NCBI GenBank assembly: GCA_030264375.1
Contig: JASCQW010000132.1
Location: 48,540,234-48,604,233 of the forward strand
Length of the DNA stretch: 64,000 nt
Direction of reading: 5' to 3'
From: Carcharhinus longimanus
Taxonomy: Eukaryota
Position 1 is the first letter of the stretch. Every line of letters begins with the position of its first letter. Positions 37,917-51,660 of the stretch are shown here, piece by piece. Made by a program: the position numbers and the translations under genes. The notes under the pieces are model-generated. The model was given only the letters and a program-made list of their open reading frames with translations, ran no database searches and was not told where the DNA came from.

Positions 37917-40251
37917 GGGAGGAGATTTTGTCAAAGGAAGAATTGTGAATTAGCAGGTTTCAAGGACATGCTAGCATTTGGATTTTGAGACAGTAGCAAC
38001 CTTAGGATGGAAAGATGTCCTGAGAAAGCTGTCTTTTGGGTATCTCACTTCTACCTGGAGGTTCTGCTGTGAGATCTGAGGGGCTGCAGAAAGGTGAGCT
38101 TTCCCAAGGATGGGCAAAGGAGGCCAGCCTCTTAAACCAATCAGGCATAGATGGAAGTGATGGAGGAAGTCACCAGCAGAAGTGTGGTCCCTTTAATGCA
38201 TCAACAGGATCCAGAACTTCAGGAGGGAATGGCAGGTGAGTGGCATAATACAATTAGAGCCCTACACTTTGACTCTTCCAGCATTCTCCTGCATAGCACT
38301 CCCCAGGACAGCAGACTTTGAAGCCCCACTTGTTCATCTCATGGCAGACACCTCCTTATATCACCATCTGAACAACCAACACATCCTCCTCTGAACAACT
38401 AACACTTGCCTTCATCTCATTGCCCTATTGCATCCATGCCTCATAGCCCTCTACAGATGTTGTCCTTCTATGTTGTCCTCACAAACTAATGCTCCCATCC
38501 ACCTGCTTTCTCTCCATGCAGGAAAGGAGAGCACACAATTTGGTGAGTGGTACAGACCATGTTTAAGGGTCAGGAGGTTCTTGGGGAGAGGGTGGCCCTC
38601 CAGTAACAGGCACCTTAATCAGCCACTGCCAATGTCAATGTGTACCTACCCATTCCATTAAGAAGGATGCCTTGTTCCAGAACGTTTCGGATGTCAGCAA
38701 CAACTGCCTTGAATCTCATTAGTGAGGTTTGTATGTGATCATCCCCCTCCCAGAATGTTTCCACCTCCTCAGCAGGATGTCACACGGGTGCAAATCACTA
38801 CTGGTCCCTTGAAGTGTGGTCCAGGTACCATGGATTGCGAGGATGCCCAAGAAGGTAAGTACTGTGTAGCATTAACCTCCAAGGTGTAAAAGGGTAAGTC
38901 AGCTACTGCCATGGTGCGAGATGGGTTGGGGAGTTTTCAACAGTGCAGGCACTTGTGGGGCCCTGGCGAGGCCAGAGGTCCACAGGTCAGGGCCCACTGC
39001 TGAGTTGGGGCTATGTGGCGAGTATTCACACTGGCGGCTGAGACGCTCTCTGGTTCACTTTTGACATTCCATCCCATGCCCCACTTACACTTAGAAGCAC
39101 CAGGTATGGCAGCTGTTGCCTCAATGAAAGGAGTTTGTCAGCATAGCTCTTCACACTGCTCTGTAAACTCTGAAGTACTTCCGACAGTGAGCACATAATG
39201 TCTAATCCCGTGGAAGTCAGGAGGGTTCTTTCTTCCATCTGAACTGCACGCCATTCCTGGAGGCTGGTTTGCACCAGACATCCAGGTGGCTACACCCGGA
39301 GATCATACTGCAAATATCCCCCAGTGAGGTCTTTCTCACAGCCACCTGATTGTCTACATGAGTGCCACAGTGTTCAGCCTAATCTGCCACATGCTGCCAA
39401 TCCTCAGCGGTTCAGGGGTCTGTATCTGGGTGGGAGGGGCTCCCACAAAGAGGATTCAATGAATGATGACACTGCCATTCAAGGATGTCTGTCATCTTGA
39501 GTCTCAATGACTCTCGCTATTGGGATTGCTTGGGAGGCTGGTAAGAAATTCTGAGTACAGATGGGGAGATAAAAAGGTGAAATGGGAGGTGGAGGGACGG
39601 TGGGTAGACAGGTGCCATATATCGGCACAGTGCCTTATATGTTTTAACGAGGAGTACCAGAGTGATGAGGCCGATGCCCGTGTCAGGTGCTGGAAGGCCG
39701 TGGGGCTTCAGGGAATGAATTTATGTGGACATTCCAGGTGCAATAGATGGGACTGGGGCCAGGATGTGACAGATGGACACTCACCCTTGCAGCTCAAATT
39801 AGGTCATTCAATTTTCTTGCGGCATTGGACGCCAGTCCTCAGTGTCAGGCCACTGGCACTGACTGCCGCAGCCGCATTTGCTTCCCTGTTCCTGGGTCAT
39901 CCACCCACTCAGGGGTACAGGGTGGCCACCTCTCCTGCAGTGGATTCAGAAGCCTTCCAAGGTCTGCCTCCATGGTGCATGGAGCTGCTCTGCACACTGC
40001 CAGTCTTCTGGCTTGACTGGCTGTGAGTGCAGAGAGAGTGTTTAAATGCAGCTCCCCTTCATTAACAGTGCGAGCCAGTTCGGGTGAGCCACATGCCTGA
40101 GGACTCCATAGCGGCATGATTCACGTGGGGGTTCACTCAGTGCTTAGTGATGGATGACTGTGACCTGATTTGCGGCAGACATACCAGTGCGAATCACACC
40201 TACTTTCTCACCCAAAATTACATTGGGTTATTTTTTGAGAAAATTCTGCCC
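37917..40251. mobile_element. Decayed PIF/Harbinger-like relic(s) with Myb/SANT-like pseudo-exons
   Basis: Two disrupted Myb/SANT-like exons (38055-38235 + and 39785-40010 -), each followed by GTGAGT. TIR-like AAAATTCTGCCC at 40240-40251. Left boundary uncertain. Confidence 0.55.
39785..40010 (-). pseudogene. Myb/SANT-like DNA-binding domain pseudo-exon (Harbinger accessory ORF type)
   Basis: RAAP..EADLGRLL ... AAAVSASGLTLRTGVQCRKK(+1 frameshift)LNDLI*AAR, then donor GTGAGT. Confidence 0.65.
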
Positions 40252-41662
40252 CTTTCCTTGGTGATCCTGGCAAGTTGTGACCGATCCAAGAATATCTCTC
40301 CTGGCTGGGGAATCCACATTTAAGGGATAATATCATTCCGAATTAGCTTTTTAAATAACCTAACTACCTGATAGATCCAACTGAGTTCTCCATCCCTGCG
40401 AAACCAGGAAGAAGGCTGCTTGACGTTGGAACCCTTATCTCAGGGCACTTAATTTTCCACCTGCACCTAAACTCACCTTCCCTTGCCTGTTGGAATATCA
40501 CCTGTATGATCAGTGAATCATTCTTTATGGCAACCATTTTCAGACACACAAAACAAAATTAACTTTAGAATGCTGACTTGTAACAAAATGACGGTGTAAT
40601 TGCCCAATTCAGCTCCACGTCAGAGAGGAACCATAAAAACCGCTCACAAAGTTAGCTTACAGTAAGGTATGTAAATATACTGGAAAAAATAACCCAAAGG
40701 AATGAATAAAAGTCATGACCACTGTTATTAATATGTAAGAAATTGAATAAATAAACACAAATAACGACAAGGGATGTTAACCATCCTGGTGCAAGCGTAA
40801 TAGTGAAATGTGCAGCAGCAACATTATCCACTGTGTGTCCAGTCACACAAACTGAGCTGAATATTTAAGTTGAACAAGGTAACCATTATCACTCAAGACA
40901 AATAACTGTGGTCACTTGGCCTTCAGTAACTCCCAAATGAAAGGAGAGATATGGTGAGTACCTCCAATTGAAATTCTTCACCCACTTTAAAGAAGCCAGC
41001 ATGGGTATCATCTGCATTAAGTCTGTGAAGGTGATGGGCAATGCTGAGTCTTGAGATCAAGTGTAAACTGCTAGTTTATTTCACTATGGCAATATATAGT
41101 ATTGACTGAACAATTCATCATGAGTGAACACAAACAGAGTTAATGTACTCACGGGATACATGGCACGTGATTACAGTTACACAGCAGGATACACAACGGG
41201 GAAGTAAGATGATCTTTTTCTTTTTCTTCTCATAGAATACTGCCCGATGTTATGCTGTCTAGCTATTCATACATGAGCACAGATATTATACAGAATGTTG
41301 GAATCTTATCTGTTTAGAAACAGAAGACATCATATAATGAAATCCATTCCGTAAGGAAAGGACAGTGTGTGGGTCACTTGCAGAATGTATATTCAGCCTA
41401 CAGCAGAACATTGCCAAGTTTAGAATGGGGAGGCTGTGGTCAAGTCACTGCACTAGTAACTCAGAGGCCCAGGCCAGTGACCTGGGAACAACTTGGTTAT
41501 AGAGAAGGCGAGTTCAATGCTATTTCTGGAATCCTGTCAGGGCCTATAGCTTTTGCAGTATCCAGTCTTCAGCCTTTTTGTGGTATCACATGAAATGGAC
41601 TTAGTTGAAAACTGGCATTGGTAATGCTGGGGACCTGGGAGGAGACCTGGATGATCATCCAC

Positions 41663-41763
41663 TCTCATTTATTAATTAATTGATTTCAAATTCCACTACC
41701 GGCCATGAGGAATTCCATCATGGCAGGTAGTGGAATTTGAAATCAGTTAATTAATAAATGAGA
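41663..41763. repeat. 101-bp near-perfect palindrome
   Basis: TCTCATTTATTAATTAATTGATTTCAAATTCCACTACCGGCCATGA and its reverse complement differ at 2 positions; centre GGAATTCC plus one unpaired base. Confidence 0.92.
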
Positions 41764-41769
41764 TGACAT

Positions 41770-43790
41770 CCTGGTGAAGTTGCAGTACAGGATGGCTTAC
41801 ATGTCAAACAGCAAAAGAAACATGCAATAGAGCTGAACAATCCCACCAGCATCAAATCAGATCAAAGCTCCATAGTCCTGCCGCATCTAGTTATGAGTAA
41901 TTGTGGGCGATTAAACAACTAAATGAAGGAGGAGGCTCCACAAATATCCCCATCATCAACACATCAGTGCAAGAGAGAAGGCTGAAACATTTGCAACAAT
42001 CTTAGCTAGAAGTGCAGAGTGGATGATTCATCCAGGGCTCTTCCAAGGTCCCCAGCATTACCAATGCCAGTCTTCAATTAACGCAGTTCATTTCATGTGA
42101 TACCACAAAAAGGCTGAAGACTGGATACTGCAAAAGCTATGAGCTCTGACAACATTTCAGAAATAGTATTGAACTCGCCGTCCCCATAGTCAAGTTGTTC
42201 TAGTACATTCACAACACTTGCTTCTACCCGACAACATGGGAAAATTGTGTAGGTATGTCCTGTTTACAAAAAGCAGGATGAATCTAACCAAGCCAATTAC
42301 CACCCCAGCAGTATGCTCTTGATCATCAGCAATGTGATGGAAGGTGCTTTTACCAGTGCTATTAAGCAGCACTTACTCAGCAATAATCTGCTCATTGATG
42401 TTCAGTTTACATTCTTCCAGAGTCACACTGCTACTGACCTCATTACAGCTTTGATCCAAACATGCACAGATGAGCTGAACTCAAGAGGTGAATGAGAGTG
42501 ACTGCCTTTGACAATAAGCAAAACTAGAGTTGGTGGGAATCAGGGAGAAATCAGCTGGTTGGAGTCGTACCTCGCACAAAGGAAGTTGGTTGGGTTGTTG
42601 GAGGTCAATCATTTCAGTCTCAGGACATCTCAGCAGGAGTTCTCGGGGTAGCATCTTCAGCCCAATCATCTTCAGCTGCTTCATCAATCACCTTGCCTTC
42701 ACCATAAGGTCAGAAGTGGGGATGTTCTCTGATGATTGCATAATGTTCAGCACCATTTGCAACAACTCAGACACTGAAGCAATCCATGTCCAAATGCAAA
42801 AAGGCTTGGACTGGCTTTGAGCTGATGAGTGGTATGTAACATTCACACCACACAATTGCCGGGTAATGACCAAAGATATGCAGGTTAGTGAAGTGATCAT
42901 GCTAAATTGCCCCTTAGTGTGCAAAAATGCATAAATTGGGTGGATTAGCATGGGGTTACAGGGATACGGCAGGGGAACGTGCCTGAGTAAGATGGAGAGT
43001 CAGTGCAGACTCGATGGACCAAATGGCCTTCTTCTGAACTGTAGGGTTTCTGTGATTCTACAGTCTTCAAAAAGAGAGAATCTATCCACCTTTGTTTGAT
43101 ATTCAGTGGCATTACCATTGTTGAATTTCCCACTATCAACATCCAGGGGTTACCATTGTCCAGAAAGTGAACTGGACTAACCATTTGAATGCTGTGGCTA
43201 CCAGAGCAGGTCAGAGGCTGGGAACTCTACAGAGAATAACTCATCTGACTCTCCAAAGCCTGCCCACCAACTGCAAGGTGCAAGTAAGAGTGTGATAGAA
43301 CGCTTTCCACATTCCTGAACGAGTGCAGCTCAAGCAACACTCAAGAAGTTGAACAACATCCAGGACAAAGCTGTCCACTTGATTGGTCCCCCACCCACTT
43401 TACACCCTGCCCACCAACACGCAGTAGCAGCAGTGTGTACCATTTACAGGATGCCCTGCAGCAACTCACTGAGGCTCCTTCAACAGCACCTTCCAAACCT
43501 GCACCTCTACCAACTAGAAGGACAAGGGCAGCAGATGTACGGAAATATAACCACGTGCAAGTTCTCCACCAAGCCACTCACCGGCCTGACTTGGAACTAT
43601 AATCACAGTTTCTTCACTGTCACTGGGTCAAAATCCTAGAACTGCCTAACTGCGCTGGGGATGACCCTACACCATGTAGACTGCAGTAGTTCAAGAAGGT
43701 GACTCACCACCACCTTCTCAAGGGCACTTAAAAATGGACGATAATTTGTGGGCTAGCCAGCAATACCTGCATCCTGTGAAGAAATCAAAC
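41770..43790 (+). mobile_element. Decayed LINE ORF2 and 3' UTR (CR1/L2 group), containing a 5'-truncated V-SINE at ~42870-43059
   Basis: GSIFSPIIFSCFINHL...VGMFSDDC RT motifs, NIQDKAVHLIG C-terminus, and tail TCACCACCACCTTCTCAAGGGCA...GCTAGCCAGC. Confidence 0.8.
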
Positions 43791-45494
43791 TAACCTTCCA
43801 ACAAAGAGAAGTTTCTGCGTATTGAGGACTTGTATATGTGGCTCACTTATTTCCAATAGGCTATTGTGGAAAAGTCTTATCACACGTCCTTTGTCCATTT
43901 CAATGTGCATGACTCTCAAATGTCTGTCATAGAACACATGATAAATTCAATGTCATCTGCAATACTTGATGGCTTAAGTTGCTTGGCAAGTACAGTCCAA
44001 AAGTACAGTCAATGTGCACCTTCACATGGCAGCATCCACAGATCATTAAGGTTCTCAGAAACCCATAATCCTGGGATCCTAAGTGCTCAAAGAAGTAAAA
44101 ATTTTCTGTTACAGAGATCGGGTTCTGCATTAGAGCTTGGCTTTTTGTAAACAGCTGAAGCAAAAAAGACCGTATCAGTTATTCGTGCATACATAGATTA
44201 AGGCCAACAGGAAACTCCCTGCCAGTACAATGATGACCATGACAGACACACCTCCTGACCCCTATGAAAAGTTAGTCGTTACAGAATGTAATGTACCCTT
44301 TCCCCCCATATCTAAGAAACCTCCTAAGCAAGTTTCCTACCATAGCTGCTCTTTCTGGAAAATCACTTAGAAGTGGCAATAAGATATTGCTTTTGGCACT
44401 GAAGGTTGAGGAGAAAAAGGGTGATTTATAACATGACTAGCACATTCAAGGCAGTGTGCATTATAAGAGTGGAAGGTATGTTTAGCACTCAGAAGTTTGT
44501 TTAATACATTTTTATGATGCACATGAAGCCAAGCATTGCAGTTTCGCAGTTGTAGCATCAGATTCAGAAAATAGGTGCTTTATGTGACCTTAAAGGTGAT
44601 GAACATATTTAAGGTGATAGCCCAACAAGGAGAGAGATCACTGATGCTACCTTTTTAGGGATATGAAATGTTTGCTATAGCCATGAGGAAATATATTAAA
44701 TAAGCTGAACATTTTTTGATTGGTTATTTGTTTATAATGGAGTTGTACTTTTATGGAGAATAGGAACCTTGAATATGATGTAAGGATTTGTTTGAAGTTA
44801 TACCAATTATAAAACATGGAAATTTCATAGCATCTGTGTCATAAATACCTTCTATATGTTGGTGGTTAATGGTTCTTTGCATAGATATTGACTGTGAATT
44901 CATTCATTGGTGAAGCATTCTTGAATCGAGGTCTGACCAAGAATTCTTGTGTGGATTATCCATTCTTCTGTGGATTATCACTTCATCTGAATCTTGGAGT
45001 TAGTCATCTCTGTCCCCATCCATGTCTTCTTGTAGCAAGTTTGGACAGAAAGGGGATTCTCTGTTTCTTGCAACATGCAGCAAAAATTAACAATTCTTCC
45101 GAAGTGTTTTGTAAGGTACTGTAATATCCATCCTCTTCTCTCCACTGAGACTCATTTAAGCAGCTCAGGGAGTCCAAATTGTTGTTCAATTTAGGACACT
45201 TGCTGTCCTGTAGGAATTATAGAAATGTGTCACTAGTACCATGTGCAGGTTGATAATGAAGGGCATTGACCATAATTACACAAGAGTACATGCTATCCTC
45301 AAGAAGCTAATCTTGTACTCTACCTCGCTACTGAAAAAAACACAGTTCTTAATATTTCCTCAAAATATTGAAGGTACTACTGAAGTAAGTGCCCTGATCT
45401 AATGCAGGCAGTGTTAATGAATATTAAGGGGAGTAGGAATTCCTTGTATTTACGTAAGCTGGTGAGTTATAAGTATAGCTCACATGGCTGTGCA

Positions 45495-45990
45495 AAACCA
45501 ACAACAAATATTTATAATGTACCTTTAATATAAAACATTCCACTTCCCTGCATACGATAAGTGTTACATCAACGCACATGACAAGACATTAGGGCAGATG
45601 AGGTAGGTTTCAAGGATTGTCTTAAAGGAGGAAGAATACAAAGAGTGGAAGAAAAACTTAAGGATTTCAGAACTTCAAACTTTGGCAGTTGAAAGCACGC
45701 CTCTCACTGGTGGAGCCATTAAAATTGAGGATTCTGGAGATGCCACAATTAGAAAAACATAGATATCTCAAAAGATCGTAGCGCTGTATGAAGTTATAGA
45801 GATAGGGAGGCATAAGGCCATGGAAGAATTCGAAAACAGGATGAGAATTTTAAAATTGAGGTACTGCTTAACTTGGAGCCGATGTAGGACAGCGAGCACA
45901 GGGGTGATGGCAGCTGAGTTTAAAATTACCCCAAGTTTAAAGAATAGAATACAGGAGAATGGCTAAAAGTGTGTTGCAGCAGTATACGAT
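45495..45990 (-). mobile_element. Old L2-like LINE 3' end
   Basis: Reverse of L2-type 3' coding region and UTR (GAGATAGGGAGG...GGATGAGAATTTTAAAATTGAGG). Similar fragments at ~1330-1430 (-) and ~53030-53390 (+). Confidence 0.55.
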
Positions 45991-48900
45991 CAGTCACTTC
46001 TCCCTGTGCTCTGAGAAATGCACAATTGCCATGCTTCTGCTGTCGTTCCCTGGCAAAGTTAATTTACGTGTCAAATGCTTAAATAAAACTTGTCATTTCC
46101 CCTGTGCAGTAGTGGACAGCAAGCTACCCAATGCAACTGATTTCAACTATGTGGGACTGGAAAGATTCTGTTGTGAACAATTAAAGATAACTATGGTGAC
46201 CCCCATCATGATAATGGAACATGGAAACAGGCTTCCCTTAGCAGGAGGCTTTGAATTGTTGCAGTCAGAAGCTTTTGTAGTTGATGGCAAGTGTTTCCCC
46301 TAATTACTCTGCACAATAGCAGAACACAGGAGGAGGAAGATGTTGGTGAGTAGATAACTATAAAACCCAGTAGTACAGACATAAAGGTGTAACAAGATAT
46401 TTGAATTAATGGAGTAAAGCAATGTATATGAAATGGTCAGCAAACTGCCTTACTTTATTGAAGACTTCAGATGGTTCTGAGCATCATGACAATGTCAACT
46501 TTTATTGAAGGAGATTCTTCTTCTAGTTGTGGAAAGTGTATGCTCTATGGAAATACAGACTAGGGCTGGAATTATTTGACCTCGCCAGTGGCTAGGATTC
46601 TCTAATCCCACTGCAGTCCATTTATGCCAAATTCTACCTTCGCGTTGGCAGCAGTAGCGGGGCTGAGGTTTTTCAGAAGACCAGTTAAAAACCACTTAAC
46701 TGTCTTAAATGTTATTGCCTATAGAAAATCTGTTGCTCGTGGTCTGACATTTAACTTGAAGGAAAAATTTTATTACAAGTCCGCAAATTTAATTTTACAA
46801 CAACCAACTGAAATTACTCAGCAGAATTGTGCAATGAATGCAGAGAAAATCTGGATTTTCTGTTTTTCTGTCCCATTATAAGTTTCTGGCTTTTCATAAC
46901 TCAAATTTCTAATGGCGTGGGCAATACAGTTTTGCCTTTTATAAACCACATACTACTGACACCCACAGCCTTTTTCCAGGAATAAGAAATGATATTGCAC
47001 TTTTTGAGGGTGGGACCTAGATATGAAAAACAGAAACATTCACACGGGGAGTTGAGACGAAGAAGGATGGGGCTTCTACTCATCTGTCTGCACCTCAATT
47101 TAAAAAGTTTATGGGGTTTTTTTGCATAATTACTGAAAATAATCGAGACCTGGTAATTGTCTCGGTAGCAAATGCAGCATGAGTTCTGGTCCCACAAGAT
47201 TTTTTCTCAAGATCAACTGAAATAGTCTGGAAAAGTTTAGTCAATTCTCTACTGAGCCACAAAGGAAGGGATTCCGATTAACAGTGTATTGCATCAAATG
47301 GGGTGAAGAGTTTGACATGATCATCTTCCATGATGTAAATGCACCTCCCTGTTTCAGCAACTGAAATGTTACTTTTACTCATGGCTCGATTTTAAATTTA
47401 ACCACCTTTTCTTGGTTAAAAAGTAGACTTAAAAAAAGTGGGCAATATTTTGAACAATTAGCAAAACAAATAAAATTGTCTGAAAATGGTTTTGCATTTT
47501 ATGCCGTTTTCAAAATATAAATTTCATTGATTGTGATGTAACAACTATGCTTCTGGCAAAATAAATTAGTTTTTCGGCAGCATGTTGCTGTATAATAAGG
47601 TGCCTAATCCTTATTACCGGTTTGTTGATGCAAAAACTCCTTTAAATTGACCATTTCAACACATGGTTTCCCCTGAAACTAGCTGTGATAATTAGCGTGG
47701 GTCTAATGAGACAGAATGTCACTGATCCTGTGCTGAACTGTTGTGTATCAACGCCACAGACAGGAACTGTCAAGCCTGCCATCTGTGACAAGTCCTGTGC
47801 AGGCCTGGCATGTTAAAATTACAGGCTTGAGCATGCTCACTAGAGTGTGATGAACCGATGGCTTATCTTCATCTTTGCAAAAGCTGTGTTGCATATTTTT
47901 TTTCCTCTGGCAGACCACACAGGGGCTTGTTCTGAAGAACATTTTCACTAATCTGATCAGTCAGCCAAATACTTCGGGAAAACTGCTTTAATGATCCACT
48001 AATTACCACAAGTCAATATGAACTATATTATTAGTCTGAGGGAAAATATTCCATTAGGTCTCCCCCTTGGGAGTTCCTCTGCTTTGTGATGTCACAGAGT
48101 CATAGCCCCTTCTTGTAATTAATTTTATTTACACACGCAGACTCAGAAGGTCACACCTGCACAACCCAAGTCAACCAGGGAGCTGGTGGCACTCGGGTTT
48201 AATCAGATCTGTCATAATTACCATTATGCATGTTTCTGACACATGCTGTGAAATATTTCAATTTAACTGCCGCTAACAGAAGAACCAGATGTACTGTGAG
48301 TACGGCAGCACTGGAAATATTATTCCTAAAGATAAGCTTTCCCTTTCCTCTGTAGTTAATGTGCCACAGTAGCTGAAATATCCAGTAAATTATGATCTCG
48401 AAAGCAGAGTAGGGTTGATAACAGCCGATTAGACAGTTTAACCACAAACAGCTTGTTCATTTTTCAGAAATGCAAACCACATGTTCCAAATAATTATGTG
48501 TTTCCTGCATTTTTATAACTTTTATTACTTTTGCTTTCTATGCTACCATTTTTCTTCCCCTTGTTTTTTTGGGTATATTCGTTTTGCAAAATTCTTGGAT
48601 AGTCAGAACAAAAGCTAATGATTTTGGTTAACCCTCTGAGTGCCTGAAGTATATGTTTCTCCACCCTTTCTTTTGCATGATTTAGGATATGCAGCAAATA
48701 TTGTTGATATAAAAAAGGCAAATATTGCCTTTTTTCTCTATCCTGTTGATTTCCCTCCTAACATATAATACTAGAATTGTGTAAATTCACATAAACAGTA
48801 TGACTCCTTCCAAAAGTTGCAAAGGAACTCATGAAATGTCAATAGGCATTGAAGGTGCTTGTCAGAAAATTTGTTTTCTTTTGTTCTCTGAATTTTATTT

Positions 48901-49726
48901 GTTGTCCTATTCTCCAGAATAGCTGAATAATATTTTATTTCCCTGTCTCTCAAATTGGTCCCTGCTAAGTCAGAAACTGACTATTGGATTTAATGGGCTA
49001 ATTCCCAGTTTGGCAGTAATTTTAACACCAGTTTATCAGAGCCCAGGCATTAAGTTCGATTTGAACTGTATTTATGGTGGTTCATAATTTCCTATCATAA
49101 ACCTTTTACGCAACTGGAGTAAAAACAAATAATTAGCCTATGATTAGGAGGAGAGGAAATTTGAGGTAAATTTAGATACACTATAAATTCCAAATTGTTG
49201 TTCTGTACAGTCCATAGGAGTTGCAAGCAGGCTTTAATCTATTCATCCTCAAGACCTGTACGAAATCTGCAGTTTTTACATCTTAGTAAAGAAAAGAATG
49301 GGCAAATAGTAGGCCTCGATTTCTGAAAGAGAAGGTTCGAATGTCATATCTCGGGTTATCAGAAGGTACAGTGCATCCGGAGGTTATGAGAGCAATGTGC
49401 TCTAATGTTGAAAACCAATGTAACTACGTGTGTGTGGCAGTGAAAATGACAGCAACCATGAGGACTTGTCTGGTAAATCATCAACAGATTATTTTGTACA
49501 GGGAACTGTGCCCATTCATATTTAGGAAGGGGCTAACATATTCTTCTCAATCTCACACAATGGAATGCAGTGAAATGGTTAGGCAGACAGCAACAATTTG
49601 ATTTCATTGCTCACTTTCCCAGTATGCTTAATGTTATCAGCTGTGTTGCAAGTGGACGTGTGAGAGTAGACAGTCAATCCATTGGTATTCCGCAGCAGTT
49701 ATTTTCGTTGATCTTGGAGAGATAAT

Positions 49727-51041
49727 GGGCTGGATTTTCATCCTTGAGGCAGGTAGCAGGAGTTAGGAAAATTCCCAATTTCAGGAGGAAGTGCCCACAA
49801 GGGTGGGATTTTCAATGGGTGAGGGCTGCTGCTGTCGGGGCTAGCCAACTTGGGAAAAGATTTGGAAGCAGCCATGGGCTGATGGGTGCAGAGGCCTTCC
49901 TTGGTGTTGTAGAATTTCATCCTGGGTTGAAATAGAAATAGAAGACTCCCCTAGCCCGTATCACCATCACCCCTCCCCCCCCCCAATCCCTCATGGTTCC
50001 TCAGGCTCCCTATGTCCAGGTATTCCCCCAAAAAACCTTGAGGCCTCTCATGACTCCATACCATGGTAAGGCATCTCCATGACCAGCAATCCATTAGCCT
50101 ATTGAAACATTGATTCCCAAGGAAAACATTGATTGGCAGCAGCTCTATGCTGTCAATTTTACAATGTTTCTTTGCACAAGATAAAATAGTTCCAAGTGTA
50201 GTTTCAGCTATTGACATTTTAAAGGATCTGAATGATTGACACTTTTATTGGGCTATAGTAAGTTTTTTAAAGCAAGTGGTAAGTTATCAGTGAATTAACT
50301 TCTTAAGTTTTTCTGTCACTATAGGGTTCATTGCTTCTATACTATACATAATGAGTGAATGGACATGGAAATAAGGGCGGGAGAGGCAAATGAGAGACCT
50401 CAGAGGTTGTTTGGGGGGAGGAACCAATATTGACATGGGGGCATGAAATGCCATAGGAGGTGGTTGAGAGGTCATACCTTGGCACGGGGTGACATGGAAT
50501 ATGGGAATATGGCTAAGGTATTGAATAACTTTTTTGTTTCTGTCTTCACGGAGGAGGACGTGAATAATTTGCCGGGTGTTAGNNNNNNNNNNNNNNNNNN
50601 NNNNNNNNNNNNNNNNNNNNNNNNNNNNNNNNNNNNNNNNNNNNNNNNNNNNNNNNNNNNNNNNNNNNNNNNNNNNNNNNNNTCTTATTGAATGGCGGGG
50701 CAGGCTCGAAGGGCCAGATGGCCTACTCCTGCTCCTATTTCTTATGTTCTTATGTGGGTGGCCTTTCAAAAGGTCTCCTCATCCAGACTATGGTTCACAA
50801 CACCTCTGAGCTCTTCAACTGGCTCAACTCCATGAAAATTTCAAAGGACTAGGACATACCCATGGATCTGGCTGGGCTGGGTGTGTAGGGAGGTGGCTGG
50901 TGACCCAAACTAGTCTGCACCCTTAAAAGGCCCTCCCAAAGATTGAAAATCTCAGAATGAGGTCAGGAATCCTGAAATTTGGACCTACTTGCCATTTTTA
51001 AAGTACTCTTGAGCCATCCTAACACAGTGAAAATCCAGTCC
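49727..51041. mobile_element. Short-TIR non-autonomous element (Harbinger-like) with nested CR1 (~50490-50752, spans a gap)
   Basis: GGGCTGGATTTTCA and TGAAAATCCAGTCC match 13/14 inverted; flanks AAT and AGT. Nested MAKVLNNFFVSVFTEED plus CR1 tail TTCTTATGTTCTTATG. Confidence 0.65.
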
Positions 51042-51386
51042 AGTGTTGTTTAGAATGAGGAGCCATGGCCTGTCCTATTTATCTGCGGATCTAGGCGAGC
51101 TTGCAATATAAACCAGTCAGAATATGAACATCTTTTGTGATGTGCAATGTGCTGCATTTTGGCAGACACTCACTAAGGTATTAGGAAGAAATTATTCATG
51201 TCATGATTTTGGAGAGTGAAGGCGTCCGCAATAGCCTGTATCAGAAGGTGAGTTAGGACGTTCACCCCAAGATCACTGTCACACATTTTGTTAAGAGAGT
51301 CTTTTCCATTGCAGTGGCAACATTCCAATGACCCTTCCTACAAAAATACATCAATATTTACTAGCCAGTTATTGCTCATAAGTTTT

Positions 51387-51660
51387 TTTGATTTGATTTA
51401 TTATTATCACATTTATTGGTGTACAGTGAAAAGTATTGTTTCTTGCACACTGTACAGACACAGCATACCATACATAGGAGACAGTGCAGAATGTCATAGC
51501 TAAGGTTAAGAGAAAGATCAATTTAATGTGAGTTAAGTCCATTCAAAAGTCTGATGTCTGCGGGGAAGAAGCTGTTTTTTGAGTTGGTTGGTACTCAGAC
51601 TTTTATATCTTTTTCCTGACAGAAGAGTATGTCCGGGGTGTGTGGGGTCTTTGATTATAC
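51387..51660 (-). mobile_element. Rex1/Babar-type LINE 3' end
   Basis: IIKDPTHPGHTLLSGKRYKSL in ORF 51533-51775; (TTTGA)n tail. Confidence 0.75.
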
